64,000 nucleotides of DNA from an uncultured Nitrospiraceae bacterium. Its GTDB lineage: Bacteria > Nitrospirota > Nitrospiria > Nitrospirales > Nitrospiraceae. This document shows positions 29,006 through 37,825 of this stretch, in pieces. Position numbers and translations under genes: made by a program. Each line of letters begins with the position of its first letter. Positions within the stretch are counted from its first letter, which is position 1. Below the pieces are notes generated by a model. It saw nothing but the letters and a program-made list of their open reading frames with translations. It made no database searches and was not told the DNA's origin. Where the stretch lies: assembly GCA_963846575.1 (NCBI GenBank), contig CAWJWJ010000001.1:64001-128000 (forward strand). Direction: 5' to 3'.

Positions 29006-29575
29006 TCACACAGTCTTCTTCCGTTTCTTCCTGATACCCACCATCACAGACACCCGGGCTTGCCGGGACAGCGCCTGATCGATCCTGCTTTCCCCGTTGG
29101 TGGTCAGGATGACCATTCCCTTGTGGGCTTCGATGCGTTGCAGCAGGTGAGCGGCCCCGGCATCCGCATAATCAGACTGGCCCCGTTTCTTCGCACGTCC
29201 TGTCCCGAACAGCGCGTCCGATCCGTCAAAAAATAGAATCGAGCCGCTACGTTCAGCCTCATCGAACACCCGATTGATATTCTTTTCGGTTTCGCCGACA
29301 TATCGGCTCACCACCGAGGAGAGATTCACTTTCGTCAAATCGAGCTGCAATTCTTCCGCCACCAATTCGGCCGCCTTGTTGCGGCGAAGGGGGGTGGCCC
29401 CCGAGAGCACCACGACCGCGACCGACGGCCGCTTACCGCGAGTCGTGTTCGACCGGCGCACCTGAGTCGCTTTCTTCGTCACGGGTTCCTTCCCCGCGGA
29501 TTTCTTCGTCACGGTCTTTTTCCCTGTCTTCTTTGCGGCCACCGGAGTCCTCGGCCTCACCTTACGCTTAACCAT
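29006..29575 (-). CDS. Truncated AAA-ATPase-like protein with a degenerate P-loop and basic tails (paralogue 1)
   Basis: VVSRYVGETEKNINRVFD, ILFFDGSD, LLQRIE, ILTTN; the Walker A position reads LSGATPLRRNKAAE; SD GGAGG. Confidence 0.8.
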   Translation of the reverse strand: MVKRKVRPRTPVAAKKTGKKTVTKKSAGKEPVTKKATQVRRSNTTRGKRPSVAVVVLSGATPLRRNKAAELVAEELQLDLTKVNLSSVVSRYVGETEKNINRVFDEAERSGSILFFDGSDALFGTGRAKKRGQSDYADAGAAHLLQRIEAHKGMVILTTNGESRIDQALSRQARVSVMVGIRKKRKKTV

Positions 29576-29653
29576 GTTGCCTCCATCCTATTTTCAATCC
29601 GGACTCACGCTCCGGCGACTGACACCGGTCCTGCTCGTCCTCGGTCCTTCTGC

Positions 29654-31231
29654 TCATCGCTTCCGGTCGAAGCCGGAATCCCGCCACTTCTCCAGCAATA
29701 CAATCCGCCGCTCCAACTGCGCGATCGTGGCCTGATCCACCCGTCCACCCGTCCGCTTGATCAATTCAGCGTTGAGGTGGCGATGATCCATTCCGGTCTT
29801 ACGCGCCACGGCTCCCACCAGTTCCCGGTGTTTCTCCCGCAATTTTTCCTTCTTGTCGTGGAGCGCCTCCGCTGCCACCCCCTGCCCGCCACCTTCTCCC
29901 GCCGGATCACCCTCGTCCGCTCCGATCAAAGCATCCAGCCTGGCCACCCCGTTCAAGGGGATATATTCTTTCAGGGACGTCGCGGCCGTGCCGAACAGTG
30001 TGCGCTGAACCGCCGGCATGATGTCTTCCAGGACGTGATCCCGCTCAACTTTGATGCGCTTCGCATAGTGCACCAACGTGGCATCCTTCGGCAGGTAAAG
30101 CCAGGCCCGTTGGGGCTTCGGCACCTTGTCCTGCATCCGCACGAATCGCCCGACCACCTGGCGGAAGTACATCTCCGTCAACACATTGGTCGCATACACG
30201 CCGACGCGGAGACGCGGAATATCGACCCCTTCGCTCACCATATTCACAGCGACCAGCCATTGCTGGGTTTTGTGATGGGCGAAGCTCTCGATGGTCTTTG
30301 ATGCGGAAGGATCATCGGACACCGCCACCTGCGCACGTACTCCGGTAATCCGCGTGACCAACTCCGCCACCTGGCGCGCATGATCTTGATTCATGGTGAC
30401 GATGAGCCCGCCCGCATCGGACTGCTCCTGTTTGCGCAAGCGCTGCAGTTCGGTATGGGCATCGCGCAGGACCGGCTCCAGCCAGGTCTCCTGCAAGAGG
30501 GCTGTCTTGAGCCGCTCGCGCTGGCGCTCGAAGGTCAACCCGTCTTCGAACGTGGCGCGATGTTCACGTCCGTCGGAAAGCCAGGTCAACTCGCCTTCGT
30601 AGCTTGGGAAGAGGATCGGCCGGCAGACACCGTCCTTGATCGAATGCGAATACCCGTAGGTGAAATCCGCCTGGCTTTCGCCATTCTCGTAACGGACATA
30701 GGGAATCGGATTATTGTCGGAACGAAAAGGCGTGCCGGACAAGGCCAGACGAAATACTGCTTCAGCAAACGCTTCTCGCAGCGCCTTTCCCCAATCCTTG
30801 CCGTCACCGGCATGGTGTAACTCATCGAGAATGACCAGGGTCTTTCGGCTACGGCAGGCTCGACGGAACACCTCCGGCGCCAGACAGACCTGCTGGTACG
30901 TCACCACCGCCCCATGATAGTCGCGGGCTTCGCAGGCCTGTTCATTCGACAGGGCCGGATCCAGTTGAATACCCACCTGTCCGGCCGCCGATGCCCACTG
31001 CGTTCTGAGATGGTTCGTCGGACAGATGACGAGCACACGACTGGCCGCCCGATCAGCCAGATACTGATGGGCAATCCGCAATGCAAAACGGGTTTTGCCT
31101 GCCGCGGGTGTGGCCGTGACGAGGTAGTCCTCGCGCTTCCGTGCCAACACATCGGCAACGGCCCGAGTCTGCCAGTCGCGCAACAGAGCCTTCCAAGGTA
31201 AGAGGCTCACCCCCATCCGATCACCATGCAC
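29654..31231 (-). CDS. Superfamily 2 (ResIII-like DExH) helicase
   Basis: LRDWQ, ATPAAGKT, DELHH, SGTPFRSD, MVSEGVDIP, QVVGRFVR; small helical C-terminal domain. Confidence 0.9.
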   Translation of the reverse strand: MHGDRMGVSLLPWKALLRDWQTRAVADVLARKREDYLVTATPAAGKTRFALRIAHQYLADRAASRVLVICPTNHLRTQWASAAGQVGIQLDPALSNEQACEARDYHGAVVTYQQVCLAPEVFRRACRSRKTLVILDELHHAGDGKDWGKALREAFAEAVFRLALSGTPFRSDNNPIPYVRYENGESQADFTYGYSHSIKDGVCRPILFPSYEGELTWLSDGREHRATFEDGLTFERQRERLKTALLQETWLEPVLRDAHTELQRLRKQEQSDAGGLIVTMNQDHARQVAELVTRITGVRAQVAVSDDPSASKTIESFAHHKTQQWLVAVNMVSEGVDIPRLRVGVYATNVLTEMYFRQVVGRFVRMQDKVPKPQRAWLYLPKDATLVHYAKRIKVERDHVLEDIMPAVQRTLFGTAATSLKEYIPLNGVARLDALIGADEGDPAGEGGGQGVAAEALHDKKEKLREKHRELVGAVARKTGMDHRHLNAELIKRTGGRVDQATIAQLERRIVLLEKWRDSGFDRKR

Positions 31232-31536
31232 CTCCGCCGCCAGTAACTCACCGACTTTCCTGCCGCCGGGCCTGCACCTCTCGGACCCCGTCTCAACCAG
31301 ACGCCATCGGCGTCATCCGCAGACGGGTACGTCCGGAATGATCCGCAGCGGGTGTGTGATATCGGGCTGGAGAAGTGACGAGGTGTACCGCGCGCCCTGC
31401 CGGCCTGACAATTCCGTCACCAGGCAACCGGCAAGGGCAGAGAGGAACTCATCATTATGTCGTTGGATGGTAGCGGAAAAAGCGTCGAGCAACAAGAGGC
31501 CGTGGAAATTGTCCGGCTGGCTGGAGGCTGCACGCA

Positions 31537-31567
31537 TCCGGGGGAACCACCAGGCGGTTCCCCCGGA
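31537..31567 (-). terminator. GC-rich hairpin just after the globin stop
   Basis: TCCGGGGGAACC...GGTTCCCCCGGA, a 12-bp inverted repeat; the U-tract is weak. Confidence 0.55.
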
Positions 31568-31574
31568 AAACGGG

Positions 31575-32021
31575 TTACTTCTTTTCGACGATATCGCTCT
31601 TCATCGGTCCTAACACACCCAGGAGTTGATCCTTCTCGGCCTTCCCCACCTTGTGGTGATCCAAAGCCGCCACCAGATCCTCCACCAGGGCACCGAACGC
31701 GGCATCGCTGACGCCCATCCCCTGATGGGTCTGCTTCATCGTACGGCCGGTATAGGTGCAGGGACCGCCGCTCGCTTCGCAGATCTGATTGACGAGATGC
31801 ATCTTGAGCTTCCCGAGATCCGTGCTGGCGAAGTATCCGTTGATACGTTGATCCGCGCCGACCTTGCCGACAAATGTATCGACGACCGCCACAATGGCGC
31901 CCTTGCCGCCCAACCGGTCATAGAGTGATTTTCCCGTGGCCTTCGGCTCTCCGGCCTCTACGCATCCAGCCATCAAGACCGCCGCCATTGCCGCTCCCGC
32001 CAACATTCCTCGCATGTTCAT
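31575..32021 (-). CDS. Group I truncated haemoglobin (trHbN/GlbN-like) with a lipoprotein signal
   Basis: SLYDRLGG...YF...QICEASGGPCTYTGRTMKQTHQGM; N-terminus MNMRGMLAGAAMAAVLMAGC; SD GGAGG. Confidence 0.9.
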   Translation of the reverse strand: MNMRGMLAGAAMAAVLMAGCVEAGEPKATGKSLYDRLGGKGAIVAVVDTFVGKVGADQRINGYFASTDLGKLKMHLVNQICEASGGPCTYTGRTMKQTHQGMGVSDAAFGALVEDLVAALDHHKVGKAEKDQLLGVLGPMKSDIVEKK

Positions 32022-32052
32022 ATTAGCCTCCATTGTGATTGAAAATCGGGCC

Positions 32053-32718
32053 CTAGCGGCCCTCCCTGCCACTCAAAAACTCCTGCCACCGGCGCACCCC
32101 TTCGGCCGCCGGAACGGTCACGAAATCCGGACAATCCAGCCGCAACTGCCCTTCCCCGATCGGACTATTCACAAAGGCGCAGTGATGCGGCTTGGCACTA
32201 TCCTCATGGGCATACGGACGAAAATAAGAACAGCCAACACACATGCGCGCTGTTGAAATCACCCCCTGGTCCTGCAACGACCGGATGACCTTGGTCAGTC
32301 CGCGCAGAAACACCGTTTGCTCGTCCAACGAGAGACTTTGCACGCCGGCCCGCACGACGTCGCTCCAACCGTCACTTCGATGCGCTTCCCGTCGACCCGT
32401 TGCGGTGAGCGTGAGGGTCAGCGCCCGGCTGTCTTGTGCCGATCGCTGTTTACGAACGAATCGCTTGTGTTCAAGGGCCACCACGGCATCGCTGGCGGTG
32501 GCTGCCGTCACCCCCAAGGCCCTCGCCACATCATTCAGCCGCATGGGCTGACCGGTCCGTTCCTTCAACAGAATGAGAATCTGCCCCTGGGTCGGCGTCA
32601 GGTTGCGGGTCCTGCCGCCTTCCCATGCCTGGCTCTTCAAGGCTATGGCCACTTTCCCCAGCCCGGCCGTAATGTGTTCAACGATCGATTGACCGCCATG
32701 CATGGGAAGTGGTTTCAC
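32053..32718 (-). CDS. MarR-family regulator with a C-terminal four-Cys domain
   Basis: LTPTQGQIL...ATASDAVVALE...DSR; tail CVGCSYF...HHCAFV...LDCPDF. Confidence 0.88.
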   Translation of the reverse strand: MKPLPMHGGQSIVEHITAGLGKVAIALKSQAWEGGRTRNLTPTQGQILILLKERTGQPMRLNDVARALGVTAATASDAVVALEHKRFVRKQRSAQDSRALTLTLTATGRREAHRSDGWSDVVRAGVQSLSLDEQTVFLRGLTKVIRSLQDQGVISTARMCVGCSYFRPYAHEDSAKPHHCAFVNSPIGEGQLRLDCPDFVTVPAAEGVRRWQEFLSGREGR

Positions 32719-32730
32719 GGACCTGCCTCC

Positions 32731-32985
32731 TTACGCCTGCAAGGGAACGATGAATCCGCCTGTCCTGCGGAAATCCTGTTTCTGTTGTTCCGTGAACATC
32801 ACCAGCGGTTCCTGGTGACAGAACTGGCATTCCTGCGCCGTCACCAGCACCGCCTGATGACCCAATGACGCGACATACGCATTGGCCAGCTTCAATGCCG
32901 TCGCCTCATCTGTGGTCATCACATCAAAATGAAGCATCTTGCCGTTCGACTCGACCCAGGTATCGAATACCTTCACCGTGTCCAT
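32731..32985 (-). CDS. DUF2024 family protein
   Basis: MDTVKVFDTWV...HFDV...ECQFCH...GGFI; SD GGGAGG. Confidence 0.8.
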   Translation of the reverse strand: MDTVKVFDTWVESNGKMLHFDVMTTDEATALKLANAYVASLGHQAVLVTAQECQFCHQEPLVMFTEQQKQDFRRTGGFIVPLQA

Positions 32986-33022
32986 CCGTCCCTCCCTTGA
33001 TAAGCGTGATTCCCAACAACAC

Positions 33023-33045
33023 AATAGTTAGGACTCCTAACTATT
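33023..33045. promoter_or_regulatory. Perfect 11-1-11 palindrome, probable MarR operator
   Basis: AATAGTTAGGA-C-TCCTAACTATT; minus-strand TTGACG at 33064-33069 places the -10/+1 region on the palindrome. Confidence 0.8.
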
Positions 33046-33334
33046 AACAGGACAACTGGATCACGTCAAGCGGATTTTTTCCACCGGAGAACCAGACCCC
33101 GGCCCATTTTCCCTGCCCGGTCGAGGGGGGCCCACGAAGCAATGTGTCTCAGACCTGGCCTAGCGAACCGGCTAGCCGCTGCAGGCCAAGACCTGGTATG
33201 CAGCAGAACGCCGGCTCACTGTGCGGGGGAGGGATGTTTGACGGAGCGGATTCAAAAGGCTCGCTCTCGCAGGGACCCGGCCTGCGGCGGCGCGACTGAG
33301 CGATCGGAAAGGGGACTGAAACGCGTGCGTAGGG

Positions 33335-34792
33335 CTAGAGGCGTGAGGCGTCGCTAGGAAATGCCTGCGCGGACAAGGGTGGGGCGATATGTTCCAGTGA
33401 CCGGCCTTCTGCTTTCACCCCCAACCACAGTTCCACTGCCGCTCCCACGAGCATCATCCCGGCCCCGAGCAGGTACCCGTAATACACGCTCTCGGCTGAT
33501 GTTTCGATCAATTTTCCGTAGAGCCAGGGAGCCAGGATCCCCGCGCCCTGCGCCACGACAAAAAAGAACGCGATCGCCATGGCACGGATCTCCATGGGAA
33601 AGATCTCGCTGACGGTCAGGTAGGCGGCGCTGGCTCCGGCGGACGCGAAGAAGAAGATGGTCGCCCAGGCCATCATCTGTGTGACCGAGGTGAAGGCTCC
33701 CTGCAAGAACATATACCCGGTGACCGCCAGGAGGCAGCCGGCCACGGCATAGGTGCCGCTGATCATCTGCTTGCGCCCGACGGTATCGAAAAACCGCCCG
33801 AGGAGGAGAGGGCCCAAAAAGTTGCCGAGGGCGAACGGTAGAATGTAATAGCCCACCTGGTGGGTCGGCACGGCGTAAAACTTCGTGAGTACAAACGGAT
33901 AGGTAAACGAGATCGAATTGTACATAAAGGACTGCGTCACCATCAGGACGATCCCCAACGTCGTACGTCGGGGATAGGTGGAAAACAACTCCCGAGCCAC
34001 CGTGGCAAGCGTCGCATGCGGCCGCGCATGGACGGTAATCGATCCTTCTGCCGACGGGAGGGAACTCACCTGCTCGTCGTGCATGATCCGCGTCTCGATG
34101 CCCGAGACGACGTCCTCCGCCTCCTTCACCTGACCATGGGTCATGAGCCATCGCGGGCTCTCCGGAATCACCCGCCGGACGAGCAGGATGCTCACACCGA
34201 GTATGGCGCCCATACCGAAACACAGACGCCACCCCAGATACTCCGGGATGAAGAGAGGGTTCAACAGGACGATGGTGAGCCCCGCTCCGATCGCGCTGCC
34301 GAGCCACCAGCTGCCATTGATCGCCAGATCGGTGTGACCGCGCCGGCGCGCCGGAATCAGTTCGTCAATGGCCGAGTTGATCGCGGCATATTCGCCCCCG
34401 ATGCCGGCCCCCGTCAGGAACCGGAAAAACATGAAACTCCACAGGTCCCAGGAGAAGGCCGTCATCACGGTCGCAGCCAGATACAGCATGAGCGTGATCA
34501 TGAACCACTTCTTCCGGCCCTCGCGATCGGTCAGATACGAAAACACAATGGCGCCGATCACGGATCCGCTCAAATAGGCTGAGGCCGTGAGACCGACTTC
34601 CGACGCCGTCAGATTCAGGGTGGTGCTATACGTAAGGACCGGCCCGAGTGCGGCGACAATCGAGACCTCGAGCCCATCCAGAATCCAGGTGACACCGAGC
34701 GCGGTCACCACCAGCCAATGCCAGCGCGACCATGGCAAGCGATCCATACGCTGCGGGATACTCGTCGTGACGGGAGAATCAGAGGCGGGCAT
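33335..34792 (-). CDS. MFS transporter (sugar porter-like)
   Basis: RMDRLPWSRWH, LTDREGRK, GIGGEY, IPESPRWL, VSEIFP; start after the extended -10 TGGTACTAT. Confidence 0.9.
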   Translation of the reverse strand: MPASDSPVTTSIPQRMDRLPWSRWHWLVVTALGVTWILDGLEVSIVAALGPVLTYSTTLNLTASEVGLTASAYLSGSVIGAIVFSYLTDREGRKKWFMITLMLYLAATVMTAFSWDLWSFMFFRFLTGAGIGGEYAAINSAIDELIPARRRGHTDLAINGSWWLGSAIGAGLTIVLLNPLFIPEYLGWRLCFGMGAILGVSILLVRRVIPESPRWLMTHGQVKEAEDVVSGIETRIMHDEQVSSLPSAEGSITVHARPHATLATVARELFSTYPRRTTLGIVLMVTQSFMYNSISFTYPFVLTKFYAVPTHQVGYYILPFALGNFLGPLLLGRFFDTVGRKQMISGTYAVAGCLLAVTGYMFLQGAFTSVTQMMAWATIFFFASAGASAAYLTVSEIFPMEIRAMAIAFFFVVAQGAGILAPWLYGKLIETSAESVYYGYLLGAGMMLVGAAVELWLGVKAEGRSLEHIAPPLSAQAFPSDASRL

Positions 34793-35023
34793 TTGCCATA
34801 GTACCACTATCTACAGACGGGATGGGAGAGGTGCCGAAAGATGTCCGCACATGACGCCGGAAGGGCCTCGTGACGGTCCAAGGCGCCGGACCCGCCGGGT
34901 GTTGCGCCGGCCCCTGAGGAGGTCTCCGGAAATAGAAAGACGGAGATCGAATTGACGAAACGCAGGCGGGCTTCTGCAGGCGGGCCTGGCGCGCGGACAT
35001 GATTCTCCGCCCGCCTTCTGCCC

Positions 35024-36760
35024 TTAGGGTCGACTCTCGAACAATCTGACGGCGACCTTCTGCCCTTTGATGCGCGTCTTTCCGAGAGCCTCGATGATCT
35101 GCCGGGCCGCCTCTTCCTGCACATCGACCAGGGAAAACCGCTCTTCGACCTCGATTGCCCCGATCATACGCGTCGGCACGCCCGCTTCGTTCGCGATGGC
35201 CCCGACCAGATCCCCCGGCCTGACACCGGCTGCCCGCCCGGCCCCGACGTAGACACGCACGGTTCCAGCCGCCCGGCCGCCACGACCCGGGCCTCCTCGC
35301 GAAGGACGCCCGCGGTCTCCCTGCGGTCCGGCAGACCCGTAGGAGGGCCGCGAGGAGCGATAGGGTTCGGGCGCTCTCATCGAGGCCACGGGAATCTCTT
35401 CTTCCGCCCGCTCTCCTCCATGGGAACGGTAGACTAACTTGATCGCGGCGGCCGCCACATCGGCCGGGTCCGCCGATCCCGCCAGCGCCTCCACGACACG
35501 GCGGAAGTCGTCCAATTCACCCGCCTCCAACGTCTCTTGAATGGCGGTCTTCGTTCGCTCCAGACGCTTGGCCAGCAGATCACCGAGTGACGGCACCGGG
35601 GCAATCGTGATTTTGGCCTTCGTATGTTGTTCCACACTGCGCAGCAGCCGTTGTTCGCGCGGCTCCACAATGGTCATGGCCGCCCCCTCGCGCCCCGCTC
35701 GGCCGGTGCGCCCGATGCGATGGACGTAGACTTCCAGTGACGAGGGGAGATCGTAATTGATCACATGGGAGACGGAGGGAATGTCCAGTCCGCGCGCGGC
35801 CACGTCAGTCGCAACCAGCAGCTCGGTTTGCCCCGTACGAAAGGCCTGCATGACGCGATCTCGTTGCACCTGGCTCATGCCGCCATGGATCGCTTCGGCG
35901 CGGTATCCCCGGCTGTTCAGCGCCGCGGTGACCTCGTCGACTTCCAATCGCGTCCGGCAAAAGACGAGCGCGGACTTGGGGGTGGCGATATCCAGCACGC
36001 GGGCCAGGGCCGCTACCTTGTGCTGCCGCGCGACCACATAGGCGATTTGCTGCACGCGCGGGGCCGTTCCCGCCTTGACCGGCTCGCGGGCAATCGTCAC
36101 GTCGACAGGATTCTTCAGATGCCGGCGTGCAATGGATGCAATCCGCGGAGGCATGGTGGCCGAGAACAAGGCCGTCTGTTTGCTCGCCGGGGTCTGTTCA
36201 AGAATGGCGTCCAGGTCGTCCGCGAAACCCATGTCGAGCATTTCATCCGCCTCGTCAAGCACCACAACCTGGAGATCGGCGAGCTTCAAAGTCTTGCGGC
36301 GAAGATGGTCCAGCGCCCGGCCCGGCGTAGCCACAATGACCTCCACCCCGCGCCGGAGTGCCTGCAGCTGCGGGCCCATCGCCTGGCCCCCATACAACGC
36401 CAGCACGCTGATTCGCAGTTCCTTGCCATAACGCTGGACCGCTTCGCTCACTTGCACCGCCAGCTCCCTGGTTGGCACCAGCACCAGCGCGGTAGGACGA
36501 TTGCGCGGTCCATGCGCGATGCGTTGCAACAGGGGCAAGGCGAACGCGGCCGTTTTGCCGGTTCCCGTCGCGGCCTGGCCCAGCAGGTCGCGCCCCTCCA
36601 ACAGCGGGGGGATCGCTTCGCGCTGGATCGGAGTGGGCTCCTCGTAGCCCAGGGCTTCCAAAGTCGCGAGGAGTGAGGCTTCCAATCCGAGGGCGGCAAA
36701 GCCGGGAGAGAACCCCTTTGCCGCTGGTTCCGTCTGCGAATGCGTCGTGCTGTGTTTCAT
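35024..36760 (-). CDS. deaD: DEAD-box RNA helicase (DeaD/CsdA-like) with a DbpA RNA-binding domain
   Basis: PTPIQ, TGTGKT, PTRELA, DEAD, SAT, HRIGRTGR; RG-rich linker; PGDLVGAIANE. Confidence 0.92.
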   Translation of the reverse strand: MKHSTTHSQTEPAAKGFSPGFAALGLEASLLATLEALGYEEPTPIQREAIPPLLEGRDLLGQAATGTGKTAAFALPLLQRIAHGPRNRPTALVLVPTRELAVQVSEAVQRYGKELRISVLALYGGQAMGPQLQALRRGVEVIVATPGRALDHLRRKTLKLADLQVVVLDEADEMLDMGFADDLDAILEQTPASKQTALFSATMPPRIASIARRHLKNPVDVTIAREPVKAGTAPRVQQIAYVVARQHKVAALARVLDIATPKSALVFCRTRLEVDEVTAALNSRGYRAEAIHGGMSQVQRDRVMQAFRTGQTELLVATDVAARGLDIPSVSHVINYDLPSSLEVYVHRIGRTGRAGREGAAMTIVEPREQRLLRSVEQHTKAKITIAPVPSLGDLLAKRLERTKTAIQETLEAGELDDFRRVVEALAGSADPADVAAAAIKLVYRSHGGERAEEEIPVASMRAPEPYRSSRPSYGSAGPQGDRGRPSRGGPGRGGRAAGTVRVYVGAGRAAGVRPGDLVGAIANEAGVPTRMIGAIEVEERFSLVDVQEEAARQIIEALGKTRIKGQKVAVRLFESRP

Positions 36761-36787
36761 GAGGTGGGGTAGACCTTTCTTGGTAGG

Positions 36788-37471
36788 TTAGGCTTTCATG
36801 GCGGCGGGCCACATGGATTCCAACTCGGGGAATTTCTTCTTGTAATCTTCGTGACTCGTGCGAATGACCTTGAGCGCCTCTTCACGCCCGTACATGCTGG
36901 TGATCTCGACCTTATGATGCACGGAACCCGGCGCATGCTTGTAGGTCAGAAAATAATGCTGCAGCCGGTCGAGGAGGGTCATCGGGCAATCTTTGAGGTC
37001 GGTGTACGTGCCATAGACGGCATCGTCCCGCATGACCGCAATGATCTTGTCGTCCGCCTCGCCCCCGTCCGCCATGCTAAGCCCGCCGATCGGGAGGGCC
37101 GTCAGCAAAATATCGCTATGGGGAATCGTTTTCTCGGTCAACACGCAGATGTCGAGTGGATCGTGATCGCCGACCATCTCCGGCCGGTTGGCGCGCTCCG
37201 CGAAAAGCCTGGCCACGCCGTCTCCGCAATAGGTCTGCGGAATGAGTCCGTAATACACGGGGCAGAAGTTTGAGAATCGCTGCGGCCGGTCCACCTTGAG
37301 GAATCCGCTGGCTTTGTCGACTTCATACTTGACCGTGTCGGTAGGCACAATTTCAATGTAGGCGGTCACCACCTCGGGCGCATGGTCCCCCATGGACACC
37401 CCGTGCCAAGGATGCGCCTTGAACATGAGGCTCATCAGTCTCTGCGCCGCGTCGATTTCCTTCTTACTCAT
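36788..37471 (-). CDS. ppa: Family I inorganic pyrophosphatase
   Basis: HPWHG, KYEVDK, YGLIPQT, DHDPLD, DDKII. Confidence 0.93.
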   Translation of the reverse strand: MSKKEIDAAQRLMSLMFKAHPWHGVSMGDHAPEVVTAYIEIVPTDTVKYEVDKASGFLKVDRPQRFSNFCPVYYGLIPQTYCGDGVARLFAERANRPEMVGDHDPLDICVLTEKTIPHSDILLTALPIGGLSMADGGEADDKIIAVMRDDAVYGTYTDLKDCPMTLLDRLQHYFLTYKHAPGSVHHKVEITSMYGREEALKVIRTSHEDYKKKFPELESMWPAAMKA

Positions 37472-37825
37472 CCTATGACATTCCCTCTCTAGAGCCCTCG
37501 GAACTGACGGTCTGACGATCGTGCGATCCGGCAAGGTCTGAATTGATGGTACGAAATACCGGTTGTGAAACAAGAGTGACTGGCTGGAGAAACAGATAGC
37601 TTATAACACATCGCAGGAGAAGGAAAATAGCCGTGTTTGTCTGTTTCACCTACGGTCCGCTTACCCGACAGGATGATTGAGGCTGCGGAGGTGGGCCTGG
37701 CTCGGTGAGACGCCCGGCCCGCGGCGGATGTCGCTCAGGCCACCCACACCCCTGCCACGCCGTCGCGCGTGAATTCACTGCACCATGAGAGTATGCTGGT
37801 ACGTATCCCGACAATGAGGTGCGCT

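Noticed and set aside
32731..32985. CQFCH in DUF2024 as a c-type haem site
   Set aside because: No signal peptide, so it would not reach periplasmic cytochrome c maturation; more likely a metal or thiol motif
34779..35000. 73-aa ORF between deaD and the MFS gene
   Set aside because: Pro/Arg-rich random-looking sequence that overlaps the MFS promoter and start
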